A stretch of 64,000 bases of DNA from Mayamaea pseudoterrestris (taxonomy: Eukaryota). Under the pieces are notes generated by a model. It was not told where the DNA came from, ran no database searches, and saw nothing but the letters and a program-made list of their open reading frames with translations. The position numbers were made by a program, and so were the translations under genes. The stretch lies in contig BROI01000021.1 in assembly GCA_027923505.1 (NCBI GenBank), positions 310,001 through 374,000 on the forward strand. Direction: 5' to 3'. Every line of letters begins with the position of its first letter. Position 1 is the stretch's first letter. This document shows positions 1 through 10,881 of this stretch, in pieces.

Positions 1-17
1 CGCTGGTTGGGCCAACG

Positions 18-935
18 ATGGAACTACGACGCGATAGATTTTTCTTGCGTGTCACGAAGGGACACTTCCACCATATTAAAGGTTTCTTATCGCTTGGCAT
101 TGATGTTGACATGCAGAATGAATATGGTCAGACTGCGCTGTACATTGCGGCTTGGTTGGGCTATACACAAATTGTGCAGACCCTTCTTGACTACGGTGCG
201 GATACTAGCAGACTAGCGCATGGCGGGCTGAGTGCACTGGCCGCTGCACAGGCCAATGAGCGGGACGTCATTATGCAAATGTTAATCGATGCCTGTGCCA
301 TCCAGTCGGTCGAAATGTTTGACCGCGCAGACTTGACCGCGTGCACTCCACAATTAGAAACGTTGATTGATTTGTCAGTAGACCATCCTGGAGCCGGGTC
401 ATTTGTAATTGACAACGCCGTGACTGACAAAATGATTGACGCGCTTAAACGTTTATGGCGATCCATTCCGATGGAAATGACATGCATCAAACAAAAGAAG
501 GGCAAATTATGCTCGGATCGAAGCTACTATTGCGATGCGGAAGGGTTTCTTCGGAGGGCCATTTCCCAATCAATATCCGATGCGTTCGGTGCGCAAGTGA
601 AGAGTGCCGTCGTGCTCGAACACATGCGCTTCCTGTCGTACGCTGTCCCCGGTGCCACGCTGCTACCGCATACTGATCTGCATCGAGTCGAGCTGACGAC
701 CGGCATTCATAGCACCCATACATTTATTTTGTACCTTACAAGCTGTTGCTCAGGAGGTGAAACATCCTTGTTAGAGCACACTAGCGGCCCTGGTCGACAT
801 GAAGTAAGGGCCAAAGTCACACCAATTCGAGGTCGTCTACTTTTGTTTCCGCATCTTACTCCTCACGAAGGCAACGAAGTTGTCGACGTACCAAAGCTCT
901 TAATTCGTGGAGAGGTCATAATTTCTTACACATGA
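18..935 (+). CDS. Ankyrin-repeat + 2OG-Fe(II) oxygenase (prolyl-hydroxylase-like) fusion protein, possibly 5'-truncated by the window edge
   Basis: Ankyrin consensus DVDMQNEYGQTALYIAAWLGYTQIVQTLLDYGAD. 2OG motifs LPHTD (HxD), FILYL...GGET, GRLLLFPH..PHEG and KLLIRGEV. The frame is open to position 3. Confidence 0.8.
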   Translation: MELRRDRFFLRVTKGHFHHIKGFLSLGIDVDMQNEYGQTALYIAAWLGYTQIVQTLLDYGADTSRLAHGGLSALAAAQANERDVIMQMLIDACAIQSVEMFDRADLTACTPQLETLIDLSVDHPGAGSFVIDNAVTDKMIDALKRLWRSIPMEMTCIKQKKGKLCSDRSYYCDAEGFLRRAISQSISDAFGAQVKSAVVLEHMRFLSYAVPGATLLPHTDLHRVELTTGIHSTHTFILYLTSCCSGGETSLLEHTSGPGRHEVRAKVTPIRGRLLLFPHLTPHEGNEVVDVPKLLIRGEVIISYT

Positions 936-1510
936 AGCAGCAAGTGGCTTACTGAACTTATGGACAGTTGCTGCACAGACAACACAGTTGGGCCCGCTCC
1001 AATTACGAGCTGGCGGCAGCCTCTGTTTCTTGTCGGGGCAAACTGTGACTGCATCCGAGCTTAATAACAACCAACCAGCAGCACCTCTGGTAGTGCTAAC
1101 CTTGATGATAGCAGTGGCAGCACCATGGTCGGTGCCACTGTTTCGGTGGTTTATGGAAGCCTTGCTGTTCTCTTGGTTTTGTAAACCAAGCGCAACCAAG
1201 GCTCGGCTGATGTGTATTGAATGATCCTTGCTTGGCTGCTTTAGAGCAACATATTACAAGTATATACTAAAGATAAAGTTGCAACATAAAGCTACGAAGT
1301 GGAGCATTAGCTGGACGAATAGTATAGAAGCTGTGCGCGGTCAAGCCACGAGTCCCATCTGACGCATGAATGAGTGTGACGTCAGTCAACTTTCGACAAG
1401 GATCCCGATCTTCGTTTATGGCAATGGAGCGACAACGACAACTTCCTCGTTAATCTCCAAGGAACCCGAGAGAATCTTTGGAGTGGCTTCTCGAAATCAA
1501 GGCGAACGAA

Positions 1511-2647
1511 ATGTTCTCATTCCATAGTGCGCTCTTCCTTTTGCTTGCGCCAACCTTGCTCGCTTTCACTCCAATAGCCGTGTCACGAACTAAACAAAGA
1601 ATCATCATCCCACCGACCACCCTAACCATGTCCGATTCTTCGCGTTACACAAATCCCAATCAACCGGAACGTTTTGCTACTGCCAAGAAGGAGAACAATG
1701 AGCGCTATCTTGACATTACTACCGTTTACGACCCTTTGTTTCTGAAAGGAAAGCGGGTTGCGATTACTGGCGCCAATCGAGGCATCGGTCTTGCTTTGGC
1801 CAAGGAAGTTACTGAAGCAGGTGCAAAGCTGATTGCCCTTTGTCGATCGAGTTCTGATGAGCTAGAAGCTCTCAAACCGGAGGAACTCGTCACTGGCATT
1901 GATGTCCAGGATGATGAGGCATGCAGCAAGCTTGCGAGCAAGATTTCGGGAGGACCAATTGACATTGTAAGTGGCTCTCATAGTTTGTGTCTGCCGATGT
2001 GTGTAACTTTTGTGAGTTGACGGACGCACTTAACTAAGTTGTTGCCTTGCAGCTCGTCAACAACGCAGGCTATTTCATGGAGGAGGTGGAAAAGTTGGAT
2101 TCGCTCAACTTTCCAGAGCAGATCAAGACGATTGACATTTGCGCGTGCGGTCCTTTGCGCGTTGCTTCGGGCCTTTTGAACGGCAATTTGCTGAAGGAGG
2201 GATCCAAAATTATCATGATCACCTCGCAGGGTGGATCAATCAGCTGGCGACCAGTCCAGAATCCTAAAGGGACCGACTACGGCCATCATGTACGTAACAC
2301 GTTGTTCGGTCGAGTGCATGGAGTGTTGATTTATGCATGCTGAGGATAAAGCTTACGTTCTGCTTTTCTTAACCTTATTTCACTCACAGATGTCCAAGGC
2401 CGCGGCTAATATGATGGCTGTCCTCTTGTCTCTCGAAGTAAAGGACAAGGGTATTGCTGTCGGCATATTCCATCCCGGTTTTAACAAAACTGGCATGACA
2501 GCCAAGTACAAGGAAATCTGGGATAAGGAAGGCGCCGTCGATGCATCCATTGGTGCCAAGCGCATCATGCATGAAACAGGGCAGCTTTCCATGGAGACGA
2601 CTGGCAAATTTCTCAACTGTGAGGATGGATTGGAAATTCCATGGTAG
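1511..2647 (+). CDS. Short-chain dehydrogenase/reductase (CsgA/C-factor-like), predicted plastid-targeted; 3 exons (introns 1967-2052, 2290-2389)
   Basis: TGANRGIG Rossmann motif. Splicing joins IDI|LVNNAG and YGHH|MSKAA; FHPGF also present. GTAAGT/GTACGT donors and CAG acceptors. N-terminal signal followed by LLA-FTP. Confidence 0.85.
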
Positions 2648-2971
2648 GATGTGACTCGGTCAAAGTAATGTTAAGGTAGATCTTATACTAACTGTAACCT
2701 TGGATTCCTGAGTATTGGTGTAGAATAGCTGCAGAGCCTTACTTTAACATTCGAAAAGTGGCTACCGTTAGAGTCGTACAATAGCAACCATGTTTTGACA
2801 CGATTGACAATGAGTCAGTTTGAAAACGCTGCGACGTTTCGAATCGCACGCGAACGGCGTCTGCGCCGGTTAATCGACTCTCCGTCGAAGTCAGCATTAA
2901 GAGTCAGATTCCTCGCTCATCGATTGCATATTAGACTACTGAACTGAGACCCACTACATGAATAGAGAAGC

Positions 2972-5900
2972 ATGAGGAGATTATTGACTATCATGCTGGT
3001 TCACATTCTCCTTCCGCTCGCGTTTTCTTTCGCGGCAGGCACCTTCACTGGATCGCCATCATCGACAACTTCCAATGGAATTCTTGGACCAAGAAAAAAT
3101 CTGTTGATTCGACAAGAGTTTCCGTCGTCTCGACTTGCTTCTGCTGCTGTGGCTAATGTACAATGTATAGATTCATTAACTGATGCACCCATAAAAGCAT
3201 CGCAAACGGATTCGGCAAGACCATGGAAAGGCGGAGAAGCAAATGCGTCTCTGCTGTCGCGTTTACTCTTCCGATATGCCGCTCCATTACTAAATATGGC
3301 ATCGAAACGTTCCTTGGAAGAGGAGGATTGTTTTAATGTACCAGAGCATCAAAAAATGGATCATTCAGTGACGACTCTTGCTCGCATATACGACAATTTA
3401 CATGCTCAATCTCGACGGCACAAGGAGGAAGCGAAACTGAAAGGTACTGTTTATGAAACGCCATCTCAATCCATAATGTTAACAAAGGCTCTACTGCTGC
3501 ACCAACGAAGTACCTTGATCAAGACTGGTCTTCTTCGACTCGTGAATACCGGCATTCAAGCCTTGCCCGCGATTCTTGTCTCGAGACTGCTTCGCGCCAT
3601 TGAAGCTGGAACATCACAACCAGCATCCAAGGCTATTCGGGCGGCAGTCACCTTGTTGGCGGTTTTGTCTATCAAAATGTTTCTTGAGAACAAGTTTTTT
3701 CACGAGACTGTCAAATGCTCGACGCAGGTTCGAGGGTCGCTTGCTGGAATGATTTTTGACAAGAGTCTTTGTTTGCCAAGTGGGGGAAGTGGTTTACCTT
3801 CTGGCGTTGTAACAGATAAATTTATAAATGCCAGTGGCAAGAACACAACTGCGCCAGTGTTTGGGGCTGGTGGAGTGTTGAACTTGATGCAGAGTGATAC
3901 AAGTCTCATCGAGTCGGCAGCAATGCAACTGCATACACTTTGGGACGGTCCACTGCAAATCGCAGTCTATACGACTCTTTTGTATCAGTACCTTGGTCCG
4001 CCAGTCTTTTGGGGGATTGGTGTACTGTTATTAACTATACCTACCAACAGTGTCGTGCTCCGAGTCCTTAACCGCATATCCAGATTGGAGAACGAAGCTC
4101 GCGATGCTCGTACCCGACGAACGTCTGAGTCAATTAGTAACATGAAGTTGCTCAAGCTGCAAGGGTGGGAAAACAATTTTGCCCAAGATATTCGCAACTC
4201 CCGCACGCAAGAACTGAAACGGCATGTTACGCGAGGAGGTATACGTGCGTTGAATCAAGCAATATCCAACGCGGTTCCATCGCTCGTCTTGGTCGTGACG
4301 TTGACGGCCTACATTCGGGCGGGGAAGCCATTGCTAGCAAGCACAATATTTACTGCCATATCCCTCTTTAATCAGCTCCGATTTCCGTTGTTCTTTTATC
4401 CAATGCTCATTGATTCACTTGCGAATGGAAGGAATGCGATACGAAGGATATCTTCGTATTTAGGTGCGGAGGAAATTGTGTCATATGTTCAAACTACGCC
4501 CTCAGTTGACGGCACAGGCTCTATTGAAGTATTAAACGGAAATTTCTTGTGGCCGACTGCAAAGGATCCAACGGGTGCACGCATCGTGGCTCCAGCGTTG
4601 CATGATGTGAAGCTCAAAGTTGCTCCAGGTGAAATTGTTGCCGTTGTCGGCGAAGTTGGCAGCGGCAAGAGTGCACTACTAAGAGGGTTACTTGGTGAAC
4701 TTGACCCTGTTCCTGGAAATGATATCCGCGGAGCGCTGAATATGCACAGATCCACTAATGGAGCATACGATGGTCACGTTTCGACGATCGATTATCCATT
4801 CGTAACAACAAAGGGAAGCATTGCATATTGCTCTCAAGAGGCATGGCTGCCAAAGGGGACCATTCGCGACGCAATCGTATTCGGTAGAGAATTTGATGAA
4901 GTTCGATATAACGCAGCTATTCGAGATGCTTGCCTTGACAGAGACATTGAGGCAAGTGACGGTGGTCTCGCACATGACACTGAGGTTGGGGAAGGAGGTT
5001 CAGCGTTGTCGGTAAGTTAAATGTACACGATAAAGATGGTATCGTCGCCTCCCACTGCACTTACTCATGCTTCTATGCTTGCGCAGGGTGGCCAACGCGC
5101 GCGTGTCGCACTTGCCAGGGCATTGTATTCTGACAGCAACACGACAGTCTTCCTGTTGGATGATGTGTTGGCTGCACTAGATGCAAATGTCGGTTCCCTT
5201 GTGTTTGAGAGGTTGACCAAGCGTCTGCGTAATTCGGGTGCTGCAACTGTTTTGGTGACGAACGACCCTTCCATTCCTCGGCGATGCGACCGTGTAGTAT
5301 TGATGAGAAAAGTTACTTCCTCGACTACATGCTCATCTGTTGTCGATGTAGGAACATATGATGACTTACTCGCTCGGGGTCATGACATGCGACGCACAGC
5401 CTCTGTTGAACGAGATGAAGGCGATGTCGGCGACGGAGTTTTCGTTGCGACCCAGCAGGCATCAAGGTTTGATTTTACGCAAGTCGATCCGCCAAAGCTG
5501 ATGAAGATTCGACGAGATACAATAAGGATTGTCGGGAACCACAAAGCGCATTTGAACTGCACTGGAAGTTTTTGTCATGCTGATCCTGAATCACAACTGG
5601 CATGGGAAAATTGCCCGGATTTAATCGCAGATCATGTTGTGCCTTTAGTTGCAGATAGCGAAGAATCCATTGATATTTTTCCAACACCCATCGTTGTCTC
5701 TAATTTCACCGCGGATTTGACTGGTCATTCATTGGACCCATTGCAACCTTTGAACGATGCATACGACCGCGCTGTGACTGCGAAGCAAGTACGTTCCGTT
5801 GACGAATTAATGTCTACGGGAGCTGTCACATGGGCGGTGTATGCTTCCTATTTTAGGGCAGTTCGGCAACCTATTCTTATTATTGCCATGATGTCCTCGT

Positions 5901-7803
5901 TTATAATGGCGAATGGAGCTCAATTTTACCAGCAACTCACTGTTGCTAGGTGGACGCAGCATGGCGCTGGTGCTGCAGCGGTTGCGTCTCCTTACATGCG
6001 ATCGTTGGTGCAAGCGACAGGTGTAATTTCTGTCTTTCTTTGGCTTCGCAGTTTCCTTATTCTACAAGTTGGTGTACGCGCGTCCGAGTATCTCCACTCT
6101 CGCATGTTAAATTCGGTGTTTGCCGCTCCGATGGCCTTCTTTGATGCGACTCAGTCGGGATCATTGTTATCTCGATTCGGAAAGGAGATTGAAACGGTGG
6201 ACAGAAACGTTCCGGATAATATTGGGGCAACTTTATTTTGTTTCTTGCAAATTTTCATGTCGATGGGTGGTCTCGCTTCGGTGGTGACGCCAATCATGTT
6301 AATTCCTCTTGCAGTTGTCGGAATTTCTTATGGAAATGCTATGTCTCTGTTTCGACCCGCTGCTCGCAACCTCAAACGTGTTGAGACAAAGACTAGATCT
6401 CCAATCTACACGCATTTTGGGGAGGCTTTGAAAGGTTCAGAAACGATCAGGGCATTTCGTCAGCAAAAAACCTGGTCATCTTCTCATCGCCATCTGTCCG
6501 ACAGCAATTTGTCCGTATTTTACACGTTAAAGGCCATTGATAGGTGGCTTTCCACCCGTTTAGAAACCCTTGGGAATATTGTTGTTTTTACCGCAGCTAT
6601 CGCTTCCGTTGTGATGACGCGGCAGGGTCGCTTGCTGGCGGGTTCGGCAGGATGGGGATTGACACAGGCCCTTTCGATCACAGGGTTACTAACCTGGGCC
6701 GTTCGGTGTCTCACTGACCTTGAAACAAGCATGTTGAGTGTTGTTCGAGTCGAAGAATTAATTGATGTTGACGCTGAAGTACAAACTCATGGCGGAACGC
6801 TGAGGCAAAGGGATAGAACAGCGCGCATACCAAGGGAGCGGAAAGGCGCAGGGGAAGCACTCGCGCCTCTTGTACCCGACGGTTTGAAGGTTGATGTTTC
6901 CCTGGCATCTGCTGAAAGTACCGCTTTGATAAGCGGGGGGTGGCCTTGGCGTGGAAATCTTCAGTTTCGAAATGTGTCAATGAAGTACAACGCTGACTCT
7001 CCACTTATTTTGAAAGGTGTTACTCTGACGATTCCTGCGGGTACAACACTTGGGGTGGTCGGTCGAACAGGTTCAGGTACTGACTCAACTGTTTACTGTC
7101 TCAAAACTGCAACTTATTTTGAACAACTCACCTTTGTTTCGTGATTATAGGCAAAAGCTCCCTCCTATTAACACTCTTCCGAATTGTTGAGATTGAGCGC
7201 GACGGTGCAATCGAGATTGATGGGGTCGATATTCGATCAGTGAGTCTTGGGGATCTACGCAAGTCGCTAGCAATCATCCCTCAGGATCCGGTGCTCTTCG
7301 CCGGAACGCTTGCTTATAATCTCGATGCGACTGGAGAAGCCACAGAGGAAGCCATGTGGGAGGCTCTGCAGGCCGCATCACCAAGCCTTGCTCTTCAGTT
7401 TAGAAAGTCAAACGGTTTACAGACGCAGATAACTGAGTCTGGAAAGAATCTCAGTCTCGGCCAGAGACAACTCATTTGTCTGGCTAGGGCTTTGTTGCGA
7501 AAGTGCAAGATTCTTGCCATGGACGAAGCAACTTCTTCAGTAGACTCACGCACTGATGCTGAGGTTCAAGCTACAATCCGAAGAGAGTTCGTTGAAAAAG
7601 GTGCGACTGTAATAACAGTTGCTCACAGGCTTGACACTGTATTGGGATACGACAAAATTTGCGTCCTTGGCGATGGTGAAGTACTGGAGTTTGCGTCGCC
7701 TAATGAATTGCTCCGCAGACCTGGAGGTGAGCTCCGACAACTTGTGGAGGCGGATAAACGGAACAAACGACGTGGGGCGAAAGTGCCGGTTGCTGCCTTA
7801 TAA
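2972..7803 (+). CDS. ABC transporter, subfamily C (MRP-like), full TMD-NBD-TMD-NBD; introns 5012-5086 and 7077-7150
   Basis: Walker A GEVGSGKS. Spliced signature LS|GGQRARVALARA. Second Walker A GRTGS|GKS, plus LSLGQRQLICLARALL, MDEATSSVD and AHRL. Confidence 0.92.
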
Positions 7804-7923
7804 TTAGGTGGGTTGGATTTTTACTGTTAATGCTCGGAGAATTTACAGACTCCAGCAGACTTTTATATGCACTTTGTTAAATTATATGCTCAAAGTTAGA
7901 AAACTATTATTACGCGAAAATTA

Positions 7924-9501
7924 TTAATCACTTAAATCGTAGACGGGGTCATGTACCCAAAGGTTTATCAACCATTTCTCGCCTTCGTATACAGGAAGTG
8001 CTGCATGTTGGGAGAAATCGTCCAAGTTCCCATCTGGCAATTGGGAATAGAATAGAACGGCTTTGCCTCGCGCATCAGGCGTGACTTTCAGCTCTTTAAA
8101 CGTTTCCGCGTTGCGCCATCTAGGAAAACTAGTCTCCCCACCGCGTTCAACAGTATTTAAATATAACAGGAGCGTGGCAAATCGAGCGTCCTGGTGTGGA
8201 TTGTCTATTCGAGAGTAGCCAAAGTCGTGATGGGCCGTGTATTGCTCCTTTTTTGAATAATGAACGGCTTGAAGCTGCTCTCCAATTGACTTTTTCGTCG
8301 GCATATTTGGGTACTCATCATCGTCGCGATACCGGAGCAATGCTTCGTCAATCTTCATCAAATCAGCCGCCCGGCGGTAGACAGTATCAATAATTGGTGA
8401 CTGCTCTCTCTTTAACCAAGTATTCCGGGACGTACGTGTGCGACGCGTGTCGTCCTTGACTTCCTTTTCGCCTGGCAAAGCATCGCCCGTGGCGCTCAAT
8501 TTTAGTTCCTTTTGCTGCATGACGCTCAAAATGTGTGCAACCTCCACATCACTGAGAAAGTTTTCAATTTCGAACACACGTGGCGCAATAGAGAGGACCT
8601 GAAGTAGAAGCACAAGATGGCGAGTGGGTAAATGGCGTCACCGAATCATAATTCGAGTCTCATCTCAGCGTACCTTGAGCGTCATGTTCTTCAATTGCAA
8701 AGACTCACGATAGTCTTGTAAAAGACGAGGATCACCGCTTTTTAGAACGCGCGACTTTGGAGTCCCCAAAACTGGACCAAGCAACTCAGCTGGGGGTTCC
8801 TTGTCAAAGAGTGTTTCACGCGTGGTAACCCAGTGCTCCTGTCCAAAGTGGTCGGCCGGCCACATGTGATGCGAAGGTCTCGATCGCAGATAGTTGGCAA
8901 GGTAAGATCTTCCAGTAACATTAAAGTATTGTTCGTTGAAGGACAATGTTCGTTTCCAGTTGTCGTACATCTTTCTTTCGTCTGCTGTAAGTTCTGACAA
9001 ATTCTGCTCGGTCGCCTCTGGATCACCCTCGACATGATACGGATCATACCAGTATAGATTGTTTGGATATGGCTGAACAATGAATCGTTGCAAAACCTTG
9101 TCTGGTTCGTCGTATTCGCTAAATACAAAACTGTGCTCTGGGAAAGTCCCTGTGCCAGAAGCTGTAAAGGGGCTGTGATGGCGCATCTCGTGCTTGGTTC
9201 CTCCGACTTGCTCCTCCCAGTACAAGCTGACTCTTTTGTTTGACATGTTGATGAATTTTCCAGCAAGACCTTTAAACTCGGGAGTAACGATAGTGGAAGA
9301 TGGCGGATTGCCTTGATAAAAGGCGGCGATGTCAGGTTCGACATAGACGAGCGTGGTTTGCGGACCGTCTCCGACGTCATACTCCAACTCGACCAGCGCT
9401 GGATCAAATTCATTTCTTTCATGATCTGAAATAGAGCAAGAGAGCTCTTCTGCTCCCACGAGGCATCGTAGGAGTAAAAGGCTAACCAATATCTTCATCA
9501 T
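7924..9501 (-). CDS. Secreted prolyl 4-hydroxylase-like protein with N-terminal VHL-beta-like domain; intron 8599-8673
   Basis: Signal peptide MMKILVSLLLLRCLVGA. Splice gives MTLK|VLSIAPRVFEIENFLS. P4H motifs RTS, QAVHY...YTAHHD, TLLLYLN..GGETSFP, HAALPV..GEKWLINLWV. Confidence 0.88.
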
Positions 9502-9812
9502 GGCGGATCAAAATGTGGAAGGCGAAGAAGTCATGGTGCAAGCGATGAAGAGAAGCATGGTCATTCGTCGCAGCGGTTATCGTATGTCGTGCTTGCGTGC
9601 TTTTTGTGTCGTTCGTGTCGGTTATTTAAATGCAGCAGCCAATTTGACGGTTAATTTACTACTGCCCATGGACTCGGTGCTTTCCTCGCGCAAAGACAAG
9701 CAACATCCAACTTGAACGTATGATTGTGAACAAGCGACTTACTCCACAATTACAAAGCAAGCCTATATCGATCGCCTACATTAGATAATCCGAAAACAGA
9801 CTGACACAACTG

Positions 9813-10550
9813 ATGATTAGCTTTGAAACATCTTCGTCATTCAATGCTGTCCCGAAGCAATCAACATGGCCGTCGCTGCCGCATGACAATCCAACTGCTG
9901 CAGCAAAACGACCACTCTGCACTTGGAATGACAATCATTCGAACCCAAACCCTGGCGCAAAGCGACTGAGGGACGCTAGCTGCCGTTCTCCAACTATTGC
10001 ACTTGTCGCTACAAATTGTCGCACGTTGTCATCACATGCTCATGTTCATGCATTTACAACTGCGTTTTCGGCATCAATAGGTCGAACAGAAGCCTCAACA
10101 AGCAATAAAGTGAACGAGACACCAAAGTGCTGGTGGACTAACAATAAATCACAGCTATATCAGTCCAACGATGCATTCTGCAGTGTGTGTCAGGGGAATA
10201 TCGATGCGGTGACGGCAGAGTTGACGACTACATCGAGCTCCTTATCCATGGGGATTCGAAACCTTGATGGATACTTTGTAAAGAGCATGCGTGGCAAGAG
10301 TTTGGCGAAGTTTGAGGGAGCTGCATATCAAACTGCCGAGCAACAGCAAACCATGACGCATCAAGCTGTGACTCGCTGCCATTTCTGCGTCAAGTCACTC
10401 TGTCAGAATTGTTTCCACGAATGCGAGCAATGCCGGCACGCATACTGTACCTTTTGCCTGACATCGGACTACGCGCATGGGTTGGAGCATGTTTGTTTGG
10501 ACTGCGCGCGCGACGTAAACGATGGAATGCAGATGCAGATCGATGGGTAG
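9813..10550 (+). CDS. Cys-rich zinc-finger protein, SIVA-like C-terminus
   Basis: CHFC..LCQNC..CEQC...YCTFC..DY....HVCLDC array near the C-terminus, plus an upstream CSVC. Confidence 0.55.
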   Translation: MISFETSSSFNAVPKQSTWPSLPHDNPTAAAKRPLCTWNDNHSNPNPGAKRLRDASCRSPTIALVATNCRTLSSHAHVHAFTTAFSASIGRTEASTSNKVNETPKCWWTNNKSQLYQSNDAFCSVCQGNIDAVTAELTTTSSSLSMGIRNLDGYFVKSMRGKSLAKFEGAAYQTAEQQQTMTHQAVTRCHFCVKSLCQNCFHECEQCRHAYCTFCLTSDYAHGLEHVCLDCARDVNDGMQMQIDG

Positions 10551-10881
10551 ATTGTAGTTCTTATGGAGGAGTAAGGCTGCTCCAGCCTGAACACTCGCTA
10601 GCGTCAATTTTTTCCATATCAATGTAACGATATGGGAGTGAAACAGAATGCAGTCCTCTGTGATAGTTACGATGCAGTTGAAGGCAGTCCGTGTAGCTGC
10701 TTCACTTCAGTACCGGTCCGTCGCTGATGCGGCATTCGCGAGCATTCACCTCTCCGTCGCGTTGTGTGCCATTCAGCCTCCATTCATCAATCATCACTCC
10801 ATCAATTCACTTTTGGGCACACTTCCATCCAACAGGCGCTGACTTCGCCATCGGAGACCCCTCGAACTTTCGGGCTGTTGA

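Noticed and set aside
933..1064. Selenocysteine readthrough of the TGA at 933-935
   Set aside because: The oxygenase domain is complete before the stop, the extension is unremarkable, and no clear SECIS was found.
8742..9422. 226-aa alternative-frame ORF within the P4H exon
   Set aside because: It overlaps on the same strand without motifs, and only the main frame splices into the P4H domain.
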